From: Antedon mediterranea
Lineage: Eukaryota > Animalia > Echinodermata
NCBI RefSeq assembly: GCF_964355755.1
Contig: NC_092672.1
Coordinates: 19,605,237 to 19,669,236, forward strand
Direction: 5' to 3'
Length of the DNA stretch: 64,000 nucleotides
Part shown: piece by piece, positions 12,301-26,320 of the stretch
How positions within the stretch are numbered: the first letter of the stretch is position 1
Layout of the letters: each line of letters opens with the position of its first letter
Translations under genes and position numbers: made by a program
Notes under the pieces: model-generated
Database searches by the model: none
Told to the model about the DNA's origin: nothing
What the model saw: the letters and a program-made list of their open reading frames with translations, nothing else

Positions 12301-14488
12301 TACAGCAGTTTATCTTTCAATAAAAAGACAAACAACAGAATACAGGTCTTTTCCAACCATAATTGGCGAAAAACTATGACAAATTATTTTTTTGTATTTT
12401 GCTGTGGAATAGCAACACTTACTTGAGTCATAAGTGCAAATATACTGATGTTGCCTTTAATAACATCAAGTCATGTTTTATTGTCAGTAAAGTCTTCAAA
12501 TTTCCTTGGAATTCCCTCAGATTGACAGTCATCCTAAAATAATACAAACATGGCTGTTTAATCAGCAGTATAATTATGTTTATAAAGGTTCATCATTATC
12601 ACTGTTAGAGAAAAAAAGTGAATGATAATTCTCATAAACTTTAATTATTATTGTTATCTTAATTATTTTATATTATATTATAATTATACTAGTATTTTGA
12701 TATTTTTTTTACAAGATTCATTTGATATAAACTAAATGAAGTGCCATATTATTTTTCTTCATTTTTTTTTAAATAAAAGAACTGTTGTTATTATCACTAA
12801 TAAAACACCGTAGCACCAACTGTATATTAGCATACTCTATATATAGAAAATAAGTTTGTTGGAATACCTGTTCTGCTTTGAGGAAGTTGTGCACAAAATG
12901 TTGCTGAAGCTTCTCATTTGCATAATTTATGCATAATTGCTCCAAACTGTTAAATGAAAAACTTTCAAATCCGTAGACATCCAGTAGACCAATGTAAGAC
13001 TGCCAACTCCTGGCCATGGTACTGTCATTGATAAATCCAACGAGCCAATCAAAAACTCTGAAACATTAAAACATAATTTAGTCAGTCTTCAAAGCTAGTT
13101 TTTTTTGGTAAAACCAAAGCAGGGTTGAAAACGTTTGCATGAAAATATTTTCTCCTGTTACATACTAACTACATGACAAAGAAAGAAATTAGGCAGAAAG
13201 AAAAAAGTCAGACCATGACAGCAAGAGAGATTAGGCAGAATAAAAATGAAATTAAAGTGACTATGTATTAGAGTTTGCATGTAATGTATGTTTATTTAAT
13301 TTTTGTGAATGTTTAAAGGTGTATGTACGATTTGTTGTGGACAATCCGCCTCGGTGCAGACCAGCATGCATATGGGGAAGCAAATACAAGTTATTGGATT
13401 TGTACAACATCTTCTGTGGGTTTGTTTTGAATGTATAACAGGTCAGTAAAAAGGCAAATACTGCACAAGATCATTTTCAAAAGAGTAAATAGGTTTCTTT
13501 CACTACAAACAAATATAGCTTTAATGTTTGTAAAATACCTGGCATAGAGTAACTTTGCAAGACAATCTCTCCTTGTATGACATTCATCTTTTAAGCAAGG
13601 TTTCATAAAGACACTCTTTCTACGCTTGTGAGATGCAGTGATTTGTCGGAATGCAAGACATCTAGTTAAGGCATCAACATCAAGACCAAGTAACTGTGCA
13701 GCAGCATTAACAGATGTGTCAACTCCTGATGAAGCAACATCAATAGTATTAGTACTATTAGTACAACAATATGATATAAAAAAATATATATATACACACC
13801 ATCTAATAGGATTAATTTACTTTTGTCAATACTAAAGTTTTATATATATATAACTAAGTTTTTGGGCCTCCTCTCATCCACCGGCCTCATAAGCTTTGTA
13901 AAATATTACTTTACAATTAAAAAGTTTAGATGTTTGATTAATAATAGAGCCGAAGAATGGGAAGAGTGGAGAGCCTGCGATAATCTTCTGTAACATAGAT
14001 TTGTATCACTCTATATTGTGCCTTGACGTGCACAACTGTATTTCCATAAGTTTATAAGAGGGTGTTTATATAGGTGAATTGATTATGTATAATTTTTCTA
14101 TTTTTACTCTGTGTGATGTAATGTCTGCTTTTTTTTGTATTCCAATGTATTAAAGAAAGATTGAAAAAAATTAATAAATAAAAATATGATATATTGAATA
14201 ATTAGTAAATTATAAAATCTCTGTTTGGCTGAAATATTTTATCAAAAGAAAGATTTTAAAATGACATAATTAATAACGATATTTTTTTACCAACCTACAA
14301 TAATATTAAGCTATTCCTTATGTCTGTTTTTAGTTATTTCTCATATATTATATTATGATAGAAATAAAAACAAATTAAAAAATACTAAAAAGATATATAA
14401 ACTGTTGATAGAATTTTTTGAATAATAAATAAATGCCAATTTAATATAGATTAAAAATTCTAATAAAACCAAAAAAGAATGAAAACTA

Positions 14489-16070
14489 AACTAGATTTGA
14501 ACTCGACTCGTCACTTTGACGAGTTCGGGTTATCCGCGCAAACGCAACTTGCACATATTATGTTTAAACTATATGAACGCCAACAATTATTATGCCATCC
14601 TATGACATGAATTAAATATGTTTACAGTGCTGAATTGTACCTATTTTGTGTCATACAGCATATTACAGTATTTACAGAAAATAATGTATATGTTATATAC
14701 AGTGTAACATACTGTAGACAAAATTACGAGACCCATCTTTTAAATCCAATTATAAACACAATGACGTCATCAAATTGACATACAGTATAAAGATAACTAT
14801 TTTAGAAGATAATTACCTAAATAATTACTTTAAGACAAATTTGAAGAATTTTGGGCACGTAAAAGTGAGATGCGCTCTCATTTAAACGCGATGAACTTTT
14901 ACGCAAGAGATGAAAATATGACTTTTTGAATTCAACTGGCCATATAATAACGTCATGACATCAGATAGACACAATATGTATATGAATTCAAATCTACAAT
15001 TAAACAACTTTCATAATAAGTTTTAATCATATGGGTCACTTTTCATTACGATGAGCTATAACAGATTAAAATATACTAGGTAAAGATGCAATTAAGTAAC
15101 TTATGTTATATTTTTGTATGATGACGCAATAAAAATTAAAATTGTTGTAACTCATGTGAAAAAGAATTGATTGCGAAAGAACTTATTAAAATCTAGGAGA
15201 AAATGGGGTACGCATTAGCGCGATGCGCTCTACTAAATTGGATTAACTAGAACAAAAGAGAAAAAAAATCTATTTTAAAAATTTGAGTGGCCATATGGTG
15301 ACGTCAGAACATCCTGTAGGTACAAATTGTACATGAATTGATATCTACAGTACAACTCATTAGCTTCCATAATACATTTAAAAAAACGGGGGTAACCAGC
15401 CACTCTGAGGAGCTATAACGATTCAAAATAGGTATATTTTTGCACAAATTTGCATTAAATTACCTATTCTTCAGCATATGATTATTAAAGTTTAACGTGC
15501 ACATGCGTCGTTATTTTGCAATTAAAGTTCATCAAAATGAATGAAATCTGATACAGAAGGTACAGTATGAAAAGCGAAGATCAATTTCAAAAACCATTTT
15601 CCTACTCTTTGTACGAGCTGTGCGCACAAGTGCGTGCGCAAAACGCAAAAAAATTTGAAAATTTTGAAATGCTTAAAATTGCCAGAAATGTATGCAAAAT
15701 TAATTAGAAATTGCGCAATTTAAAATTTCAAATATGTGTACTCACTTAATATTTTGCATAGCTTGCCATTTTTATCATGTTAAACATTGTTCCATATTAT
15801 TAAATACACTTTTGTAAAGTTTCATTGAAAAATAAATTTTTGTTCAGAATTTATTATCAACCATACAATTTCATAAAATCGCGCGTAACTTACGCTGTGC
15901 GACTGTAAAGTCATGTAACGAATTTTCTTGCACATATACAGCTACAGGTCAATCATATGACAAAGTTATACAATCTTATGTTGACCAGAATTAGAGATAC
16001 GCTGCGAGCAAAATTTGTGTAAAGAAGAATTACATAGAAAAAAAAAAGATCCAGAATATAAAAAAAAGCA
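14489..16070 (+). mobile_element. Helentron/DINE-1-like non-autonomous element, lacking its 3' hairpin
   Basis: 5' aactagatttgaactc..ctcgtcactttgacgag hairpin plus subTIR ggttatccgc; shares sequence with 40120-41072 (minus) and 31005-32022. Confidence 0.6.
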
Positions 16071-16471
16071 ACCAATTAAAACTTAAAGGTCGCAAGTACT
16101 TTAAATTAAACTATAAATACTGTATGCAATCTTAAAGGTCGCAACTACTTTAAGCTAAACTATAAATACTGTATGCAATCTTAAAGGTCGCAACTACTTT
16201 AAGCTAAACTATAAATACTGTATGCAATCTTAAAGGTTGCAACTACTTTAAGCTAAACTATAAATACTGTATGCAATCTTAAAGGTTGCAACTACTTTAA
16301 GCTAAACTATAAATACTGTATGCAATCTTAAAGGTTCCAACTACTTTAAGCTAAACTATAAATACTGTATGCAATCTTAAAGGTCGCAACTACTTTAAGC
16401 TAAACTATAAATACTGTATGAAAGGTCGCAACTACTTTAAGCTAAACTATAAATACTGTATGCAATCTTAA

Positions 16472-18032
16472 AGGGGGGTTCCGGGTTTAAAATGAATAGT
16501 AAAAAATGTAAAATATATTTGTTTGTCTCTTGAACGGTAAAAGTTTCAATTTATATAAGCGCCCAGTGAAGCAGAACGAAGGCTGTGAAATCAGGCCAGA
16601 TTACAAGTGCAGCTACGGCAAAATCACACTGTGGTTACAAAATAGGAAATTCGTGAAATGGTTCATCTTCCGACGACTCGTTATCATTAACCATATCAAT
16701 TACTTTTGTAAAATTATACTTATCTGATGTAATTTTAGTCGGTCTTCCCATTTATAAAGTCAATTTTTTATGAAAATTCATCAAAACAGTGAAAAATTAG
16801 ATATGTTTGCACTTTACGTTTGCCGATTTTCGCACCGACTTAGGGAAAAATCAAAATCAATGAAGCGTAACGCATACTGTAAATTCCTGCTGAGGATCGA
16901 GCGAGACGACGATACACGTGCTCTCTCTGCTGCCCATGCCTGGCATCATCACGTGATAAGCAGATACAACAATACCAAACTGGTCGGGTCGAGTATACCC
17001 CGTCTATAATCACAACATGAACGATGTACAGTATTTGATTGAAGGTCGACTCGACCTACCGGAATGGTATAGATAATATAGCTCGAATGAGAGAGTTGGA
17101 ATATTTGTGTAGTGCAGCCTATAGTAAAAGGCCTGGTAGTATAAATTCGCATAGGGTCTACTACACTAGCTAGCTCAATTTTTAGCTGGGCCGGATCGGC
17201 TAGGTCTCCTTCCTACTACCTGGTCTACTTGCTTGATGCATGAGTATCCGCTTTTTTGGAGAGTAAACTAAGCCTATTTTATTTTAGGCCTACTTAGACG
17301 ATCGGGACACCATACGTCGTGTGGACGGCGATCGGACCTTGTTTTGCTTCAATATTTACAGCCGATTTTGTAGAACGTTTTAGGTTTAGATTGTTTAGGA
17401 GTTTGGTTGATAGGATGGGTTTTGTTATTTATGGGCCAAACGTCTAGTAGTAGGCTAGCTCTAGGCCCATGGGCCCCATTGTTTTAACGTAGCCATCGTG
17501 GCATGGAATCAGAATGGCTCTCGCCCATTAGGCTAGGCCTAGGCCTAGAGTAGTATTGTACGTGAAGCCGATAATACGATCTGTACTATAGAGGTATAAA
17601 AATAGTATAATTTATGACTCCGTAATCTGTACTAAATTTTGTATTTCATTAAATGTCAAATAAATATATGCTACTACTGTTATTATTACACTTTAGGCCT
17701 AGCTTAGAAAATCTACAAAAAATGTATTTCACAATGATCGGGTGGTCGTCGTTTGACAGGGGAGAGAGATGTAAATTAGTTGACAAACACAACGTACATG
17801 ACGTCGCGAGTTTGGAATACGTGATTTTGTGAATATCTCATGAATATTAATGAGCTTCCCTAAGCTGCTGAAAAACAGACTTTCCATGAATTTACCCTAA
17901 AATGTATATGAAATTTAATTTTTTTAATTTCTCGTTATTACTTCTTCATTCTGACATGTCTATATTGTTATAATATTTTTTATTTAATAAATAAACGATA
18001 TTTAAAAGCAATTTTAAACCCAGAATCCCCCT
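16472..18032. mobile_element. Kolobok-like non-autonomous element A (TTAA TSD)
   Basis: ttaa|aggggggttccgggtttaaaat ... attttaaacccagaatccccct|ttaa. Confidence 0.8.
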
Positions 18033-18054
18033 TTAAAGGTCGCAACTACTTTAA

Positions 18055-20514
18055 AGATGTATTGTCCCCCAAAAAATGAAAAATAAAGATGAAAAAAATC
18101 AAATTTTGAATAGACCGTTTTGTAGTTAACATAAAGTTATTCACTTCCACCGAAAAAAAATCCGAAAAAAATATTGATTTCGCTTATAAAAAAATCAAAA
18201 TAAATTTACCATTTTTTCGAACTCATCGGCTCAGAAATTCGGCCGGTAGAGCTAACTCATACATATGCATGATATGTTAATGAGCATCCACACAGCAGAG
18301 ATCTGATCTAACAATGGACGATGCACGTTGTATGGTACAACACCACCACCAGAGATCGACGCGACTGTGGGTTTCCCTGGGATGGCTGATCGTATAAATA
18401 TGTAAAGCTGAGCTGTTAATTTGTCGGTATGTAGGCCTAGACGGTTATTTTAAATATAATAATATATATAACGCAATAATAACAGGAAGGTAAATTAATT
18501 AACTTAGCCTGGGATTTTTTCAGTTCAGGGCTAGGCCTAGTATATGCTGCTGCATATTACTAGGCTAGTAGCAAGCAGACTGTGACAATCGGGTCCCTGC
18601 AGAAGATGCCCAGCTAGGCCCTATACATTGTACTCTTCATAGACTGGCCTAGGATTATGCCATCATTCTGAAAATACAGCCAGCTTGCTGTACCATATAT
18701 ATTTACAGTTGAAGCTTGTTTAACTAATTTTTATGATAAAAATAAAACAAACATTTTTCAGGGAAAATGGTTGCAATACAAGCCTGAAATTGAGAACCTT
18801 CCAGCAGCACTGTACAAGTAGACAGAGGGGAAAAGCCAGCTTAACCATTTTACAACACAAACAAATGTTCTCTGTACTGTAGTAAGTCAAATATTTATTT
18901 TCTATTTTTATAAGTTATAACATTATAAGTAATGTGTTTTAATTACCATAGAAAAGTAGTATACTTATTTGACTATGTCAAAGTAAGCAATTTCACTAGC
19001 CCAATTTTGCACTAAATATGCATGATCTATTTTTTCCAGATTTTCATACTTTGCTTTTACTTTTTTTAAAGACGTTGAGCTGATGAAGACTGGAACAGAG
19101 GTCACCCAAAGACAACAATGATAGACTCGGTATTGGAATATGATTGGATATTGCAGGAAAAATATTTCTGACTCTCCTGCTGCATTCGGCCAATATGTTC
19201 TTGTCCAGCTTGTAAAATATTGTATAATTTTTTTTGTATTATATGTACAGTATATTATTTTGTAAACATAACATTCAATAAATAAAAAAAACTACTACTG
19301 TACAACAGTGCACAGTATAAATTCTTCAAATTTACTTACACTTCATAATTTTACTGTAAATATTACAGTGCAAAAGGAGTTAATAAAATATATATATATA
19401 CAGTATATCTTTATTGAATTCCTGTATTGTTTTTTGTGTCAATTTGTCTACTAATTATCAATGTGTTGATTGTGGCAGTAATTACGACAGCTATAGGCCT
19501 AGTCTTCTAAGATCGCTCACAATCACATCCATTACAAAGTGTCATTTTAATAGTAAGAAACGTTTCAATAAATTGTGAATGTTGCCACTGTACGATACAT
19601 TTTATGTTTCTCACTACTTGCTCTTATTGTTCAATCAATCAACCTAAAAAAAAAAAAGAAATTTGTGTCAAAATATCTGCATAAAATGTTTATTTGCGGA
19701 ATGTTAATTTGAACCTATTGCATTTGATACAGAAAATATTTTTAAAATATTGCATCAGTAAAACATCCAAAACAATATTTAGATTTTCTTTTTTTTTTAA
19801 TTTTCACTGCCGAATAGATAGTTGAAATCTTTAAAAATTAAACCAATTCATCATGATTAAAACAAAAATACATCCCTTCTGGTGGTGGTCTACTGTAGCC
19901 CTAGCTAGCAGTGTACTGCCTAGGCCTACTACACTCTACTTCTAGAGACAGAAGTAGGCAGCAGTTAGGCTACTCGAGACTGTCAGTGCTAGTACTAGTA
20001 GTAGTAGACTAGTAGTACAGTAGCAGCAAATTCGGGCCTAGGCCTAGCTAGGCCTCTCCTGTTAGCGAAACAAAAACTCACCTAAATGAATAAGATTCAA
20101 CATCAAAGTTACCAACTGTAATTCTAACTTAGCATTCTGCTAGCTATAGTTTTCGTGTTTTCTTCAAGATTCGTCTCGCATCACTACTCGACTCTCTCGA
20201 TCGCACGCATGGCATTGCTATCGTTGTTGGCTGTTGATTTGGAAATCGTCATCATCCACACGATGTATCCATACTATATGAATATTTATGAGCTAACTCA
20301 GGTCAAGGGTTAAATTAAACCGGAACACATTTGTCTTCCAGACAAATAGCTTCCGGTTGGTTAATTTTTGCATTAAATTGCGATTTTCCCGTGTAAAAAA
20401 ATATTTTTTTCAATCCAAATTGAGGTCAAAGTGAATAACTTTTATGTGCAATTAAAATGGCCTATTCAACAAAAATATCGAAAAAAAATTTTTTTTCAGG
20501 GGGACAATACATCT
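18055..20514. mobile_element. Kolobok-like non-autonomous element B (TTAA TSD)
   Basis: ttaa|agatgtattgtccccc ... gggggacaatacatct|ttaa, with subterminal aagttattcactt / aagtgaataactt also inverted. Confidence 0.85.
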
Positions 20515-20933
20515 TTAAGCTAAACTATAAATACTGTATGCAATCTTAAAGGTTGCAACTACTTTAAGCTAAACTATAAATACTGTATGCAATCTTTTTA
20601 TTGGTATAATACAGAAAATAATTAAACAGCATAACCTTTATATCATTTACCTTGTTTTTCAGAATCAATTTTACATGGTCCAGTGACATCATCACTAATA
20701 AACTCTATATTTCCAAGATGAAGTATACCACTTAGAACCTACAAATAAACACATTTTCAAATTCAATTCAATAATTCAAAAAATAGAATTATAACATTAC
20801 TATTAGATTTATGTATAAAAAACATCAAAGTCTATTATCACTTATTTATATACTACCATTTGGTTTTCATTACCATAAATTTGTAAAAGTTGTTTTGAAT
20901 CAATATACTATCATGATTGTAAAAACTAGGTAA

Positions 20934-21320
20934 AAGTTCACTGATGTTTACTGTCCACATGTGCTGGATTAGTTCAACCAAGGCATCTAAACACATTGCT
21001 TTGGTTCAGTTAGTTCACTGATGTTTACTGTCCACATGTGCTAGATTAGTTCAACCAAGGCATCTAAACACATTGCTTTGGTTCAGTTAGTTCACTGATG
21101 TTTACTGTCCACATGTGCTGGATTAGTTCAACCAAGGCATCTAAACACATTGCTTTGGTTCAGTTAGTTCACTGATGTTTACTGTCCACATGTGCTGGAT
21201 TAGTTCAACCAAGGCATCTAAACACATTGCTTTGGTTCAGTTAGTTCACTGATGTTTACTGTCCACATGTGCTGGATTAGTTCAACCAAGGCATCTAAAC
21301 ACATTGTTTTGGTTCAGTTA
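20934..21320. repeat. 78-bp minisatellite, 5 copies
   Basis: Unit agttcactgatgtttactgtccacatgtgctggattagttcaaccaaggcatctaaacacattgctttggttcagtt. Confidence 0.9.
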
Positions 21321-21404
21321 CTAATAATATCACTAAGTTTAACCATGTTTTACCAGTGAATTCACTCTTCCCTGGTAAAACAATGTTTGTTAAGTAACCA
21401 GTTC

Positions 21405-21720
21405 TAATTAAGTAAAAGTTTCTTACTTTAAATAATTCTTGTTGCTGTGACCTGCTAAGTCCAACATTAGACATCGCTTACTAACTAATGAAGTAAAAGT
21501 TTCTTACTTTAAATAATTCTTGTTGCTTTGACCTGCTAAGTCCAACATTAGACATCGCTTACTAACTAATGAAGTAAAAGTTTCTTACTTTAAATAATTC
21601 TTGTTGCTGTGACCTGCTAAGTCCAACATTAGAAATTTCTTACTAACTAATTAAGTAAAAGTTTCTTACTTTAAATAATTCTTGTTGCTGTGACCTGCTA
21701 AGTCCAACATTACACATTGC
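21405..21720 (-). repeat. 81-bp repeat made of a MYO19 exon end plus donor (4 copies including the true one)
   Basis: agtaaaagtttcttactttaaataattcttgttgctgtgacctgctaagtccaacatt starts at 21411, 21492, 21573 and 21654. Confidence 0.9.
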
Positions 21721-24700
21721 TTGCTTTGTAACTATAAAATCTTGTTTATCCTTTTGATTACATGCATCTTCTGAACGGTTTAGTTTCACATAGTTTAAGT
21801 TGTCTGAACTCAATACATTTGGTAGTAACCAGTTCCTCATTTCCCTTTCATTTGCGCCAAACAGCATCTATGATAATTTGAAAGAAGAAATGTTAATGAT
21901 ATTATTAAAAAGACTAATAATGAGAATAATATAAACTAATAATATATTTCATGCTTTGATAACATTAGTAGAGTGAGTGCTTTCTTGCGCTATATTACAA
22001 AATATTACAAAGTGACAATTTTGTTTCAAGATGTTTAATATCAGTACCAGAAAGATCCTTTTCACATCTGCCTACATTGATCTCCAGACTTATTACATGT
22101 TTTCATATTTACTCACGAACCTTGTGAAATCACGGGAAAAGTATTGTCATTGTATAGTTGACGGTGCTATCATTAGTACAATCTCAAGTTTGTGAGAAAA
22201 AAAAAGTCACGCTTCGATACTTTCAAACAGGTGTACGGTCAGTTAAATACCAGGACAAAGCACAAATGCGCAGAACAAACAAAAAAACAGGCCCCTGTGA
22301 ATATCAGTAGAATTTTAACAACCTGATTAAAACCAAAGGGTATATGTTTGCTATTAGCCTACTCACTTTAGAAACATGGCAACAGAAATATGCAAATGTA
22401 TCACAGTTTCCAGCAGTTAAGTTAAACAGTTGGTTATCCGGTTTAAAGGTACACAAAAACGAAACATAACTAATACTAACTTGGTAAAAGATGTGAAAAT
22501 TCCTGGCACCATCACATTGATAAACAACTCTAGTTTTCTCAAGAAGATATGTCTGAATAGAAGCACCAACAACATGATTTCCACTGAAAACAAAATTGTA
22601 AAGTTAAAATAAGAATTGCTCTTGTGTGTAATTTCATTCTTGCCTGCTATGACACACAAAATGGCATATGTAGAAACTCAAAATGCATGGCCTGTATACA
22701 GTATGTTGGTTGAACATTGACAAATAAAAATAATGTATGAAACTTACCGACTGAATTGTAGCTGAATGTACTTTCCAAAGCGGCTACTATTGTGATTCCT
22801 GGTTGTGCTAGCATTGCCTACGAAAATGAAATAATAGTTGTCTAACAGAGATGGAGTTGTAGGGAGGTGTAGGGTACTGGGTGGAAAAAGATTAATATTA
22901 CTGTATATATATATACTGGTGCAGGCCATCAAATATTGCCATCAATTGCAATTAATTCTACTAGTCTTAATGATACCAAATCTGCCAAAAATTTAATTTG
23001 AGCATAAAATCTCACCAAATTCATATTTAGAACATACTGTAAGTTGGCCACTGCTGATCAACAGTTTTAGCCTATATATTATATTAGGAGTTTAAAGGAT
23101 TTTGGCACCATGACTGAAGGTTAAAGATTATGCAGGAATTACAAAATGTAAAATCAGTACACAAACTGCTTTAAATTATCATTTTAAATTTCATTTTACA
23201 TAAAGCGTTAATCAATTTTAGGTTAGGTGTAGCTTTATTTATTTATTTTTAAATCAGTATGATATTTATTGACTTTTATATTTCAGTTTTCTCAGGGAAG
23301 AGTTAAATTACAATTTAATTTAACTCTTCCCTGGTTTTCTTGTAATTTTAATGGTACACTATCATTATGCTCATTTTTATTTGGTTCTCATCTCTTTATC
23401 GACTGTTCTTATTCTATTTTTTCTTTATCTGTTGATGATAATGATGATGAATATAGAAAATTTGATATATTGATATGATTTAAAAATTCTGATTTTGTAT
23501 ATTTTACAAAAATAAAGGTCCAACTTCTAGCGATCTTTCTTAGGACCATAACAGTACATAGATGTTTTTACATTTGAGAATGACATGTGTATCTTACTGT
23601 ACTTTATTAAAGATAAACATAATAATTACCAAATGCTTCAAGAATAGGATTTGAGTCTAATATTCTACGTTCAATGCAATCTGCTGGTGATGGTGTAAAA
23701 CCACTATGAACAAAAAAGACAACAAGTTATCACAAATAAGTAACAAAACAGAGACAAATCTATAATTATGATGAAATAAAAACTGTAATTTTACATACAT
23801 GAGATTGTTTAATGATATTAATGTGTTTATTTTTATTACCCAGGGTTACATACTGCCACCATTGTCAGATATTTTAGTAAACATCTTGCATTCCATGTCT
23901 GTAATAAAACAATAATAAATGACAGAGAATAACAAACGTTTTTGTATGCTCACAAAAAATATTGACTAAACTGCATTTGTGAAAATGGGTTGCCAACATT
24001 CCCTCTTTGCACGTCTGGCAAGCATTTATGTGACATTCAATAAATGCTGATTTTGTAACAGTGTCCTTTGAAACAGTAAAAACAAATTATAGCACTCTCT
24101 ATTACTTGTCCATGCTTTTAGCCTCTCTATTTTTATTTAAGTTTGGGCCTCTCCATTATTTCAAAATAAACAAGAAATGGTTTTAAAGGTAAAAAATTGA
24201 CTCTGATTACATTGGTGAAAACAAACGTAAAACTGAAATTGTTGAATTACCTTTCCAGAACCACTTTCACCGCTGACAATTATTGACTGATTAATCTTGT
24301 CTAGTCTTCTAGTAAGATTACACAAAGCTGTTTCTGCAATTCCAAATACATTTTGCTGTTTTAAAAAAGTTATTCATTTTAAAGAAATAAAAACAAACAA
24401 ATATAGTGTTTTTACTTTAAAAAAAGACAAAATTAATGGTTAAACTTAACCAAATGTTAAAAAATTACAGTTTTTCAGGTAAATAATGTTTTTTTTCCAA
24501 TTTTTGGTCAAAGTGAATAACTACAGTATTATGTGACATAAAATAGCATATTCAGCAAAACAATTATCTTTTCAGAGGAGCTCTGCATATATCTCTAAGT
24601 TCTCACTTCTAAGTGCAACTGAGGACATTTTAATATTTTTGCCCAATATTGAAGATAAAGTGAAGTCAAGATTTTAATAGTGATGTCACCAACATATAAA

Positions 24701-24810
24701 TTTTCCTAAAAATCAATAGTATACTAGCGAATCATTGTTTACCTTTTGATCACTATGGTAACGATGAATCATATGAACATCAAAATGTCCAGTTTCTTTG
24801 AAAGGATTTA

Positions 24811-25255
24811 AAGTAACAAGGGTGTTGCCAGTCTGAGTGTGGTATCTACCAGCTAAGTAGCGCTCACGTAAACAGTTCAGCACTATGAACAGAAAAACTT
24901 AGGTTAAGTAACAAGTGTGTTGCCAGTTTGAGTGTGGTATCTACCAGCTAAGTACCGCTCATGTAAACAGTTCAGCACTATGAACAGAAAACATTTTGTT
25001 AAGTAACAAGTGTGTTGCCAGTCTGAGTGTGGTATCTACCAGCTAAGTACCGCTCATGTAAACAGTTCAGCACTATGAACAGAAAACATTTTGTTAAGTA
25101 ACAAGTGTGTTGCCAGTCTGAGTGTGGTATCTACCAGCTAAGTACCGCTCACATAAACAGTTCAGCACTATGAACAGACAACATTAGAAGTAACAAGTGT
25201 GTTGCCAGTCTAAGTGTGGTATCTACCAGCTAAGTACTGCTCAAGTGTGTTGCCA
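24811..25255 (-). repeat. 95-bp repeat made of a MYO19 acceptor plus exon start (~5 copies)
   Basis: aagtaacaag..gtgttgccagtctgagtgtggtatctaccagctaagt..aacagttcagcactatgaacag at 24811, 24906, 25001, 25096 and ~25188. Confidence 0.9.
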
Positions 25256-25790
25256 ATATTTTGTCAAATTTTCTTCAAATTATTCGCTGTTCTACTCTAA
25301 AAATGTATTACTGAACTATAAATTTTATTTTAAAGTGAGTATTTAATTTGGAAAAATTTGAAGGAAAATGTTGGATTCATCCAAATTGTGGTCTTTGATC
25401 TCTAATTAGTTAGAGGGAGGCAACAGCTAATGGTAAAAAATAGGTGATCATCTGGCTTTAAATTAGATTGAGCTTTTAATTAAAGGGATCTTTAATAGAA
25501 GGAAGACCTGTATAGTACTAACAACCATTGAAACATGTGTCTACTATTAATTCACTTACCAGCAGGTTCTGAGAGAGGATTAATCAAAACAAGATCATCT
25601 GTATTGATCCAATCTGTTTGAGTACACAGCACTGGATAGCCAGCATGACCACGTATCACAACCTCCTAGACAATGAAGTTACAAGCAATATTTAAAATAC
25701 ATTATATAGAATACTTAGTAGCAAGGTTGGGTTGTTGACATAGATGGTATGCTTCCCTCCCCTCCTTACCTCACAATTATATTTTGTGTC

Positions 25791-26320
25791 TATAATCTTG
25801 CCATCACTAAAACATGAATCAACACACGCTGGAACCCAAACCTCTTACCTGGCCATTAGATTTAGTGACTATAATCTTGCCATCACTAAAACATGAATCA
25901 ACACATGCTGGAACCCAAACCTCTTACCTGGCCATTAGATTTAGTGACTATAATCTTGCCATCACTAAAACATGAATTAACACATGCTGGAACCCAAACC
26001 TCTTACCTGGCCATTCGATTTAGTGACTGTAATCTTGCCATCACTAAAACATGAATTAACACATGCTCGAACCCAAACCTCTTACCTGGCCATTAGATTT
26101 AGTGACTATAATCTTGCCATCACTAAAACATGAATTAACACACGCTGGAACCCAAACCTCTTACCTGGCCATTAGATTTAGTGACTGTAATCTTGCCATT
26201 ACTAAAACATGAATTAACACACACTGGAACCCAAACCTCTTACCTGGCCATTAGATTTAGTGACTGTAATCTTGCCATCACTAAAACATGAATTGACATA
26301 TGCTCGAACCCAAACCTCTT
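25791..26320 (-). repeat. 79-bp repeat made of the MYO19 SH3-like exon end plus donor (~7 copies)
   Basis: tataatcttgccatcactaaaacatgaa..gctggaacccaaacctcttacctggccattagatttagtgac with period 79 from 25791. Confidence 0.9.

Larger units (their letters stand above)
16083..20595. repeat. 49-bp minisatellite (~10 units) interrupted by two transposons
   Basis: Unit ttaaaggtcgcaactactttaagctaaactataaatactgtatgcaatc at 16083-16471, a 14-bp remnant between TTAAs at 18033-18054, and resumption at 20515-20595. Confidence 0.9.

Noticed and set aside
12471-12473. In-frame TGA at a conserved Cys position, suggesting selenocysteine recoding
   Set aside because: The same gene also has a TAG stop, two frameshifts and a broken acceptor. 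A TGY>TGA nonsense change is simpler, and I saw no SECIS.
18310-18400. Possible THAP zinc-finger remnant inside Kolobok-like element B
   Set aside because: Only a vague C..G/FPW pattern across shifted frames; not supportable without a search.
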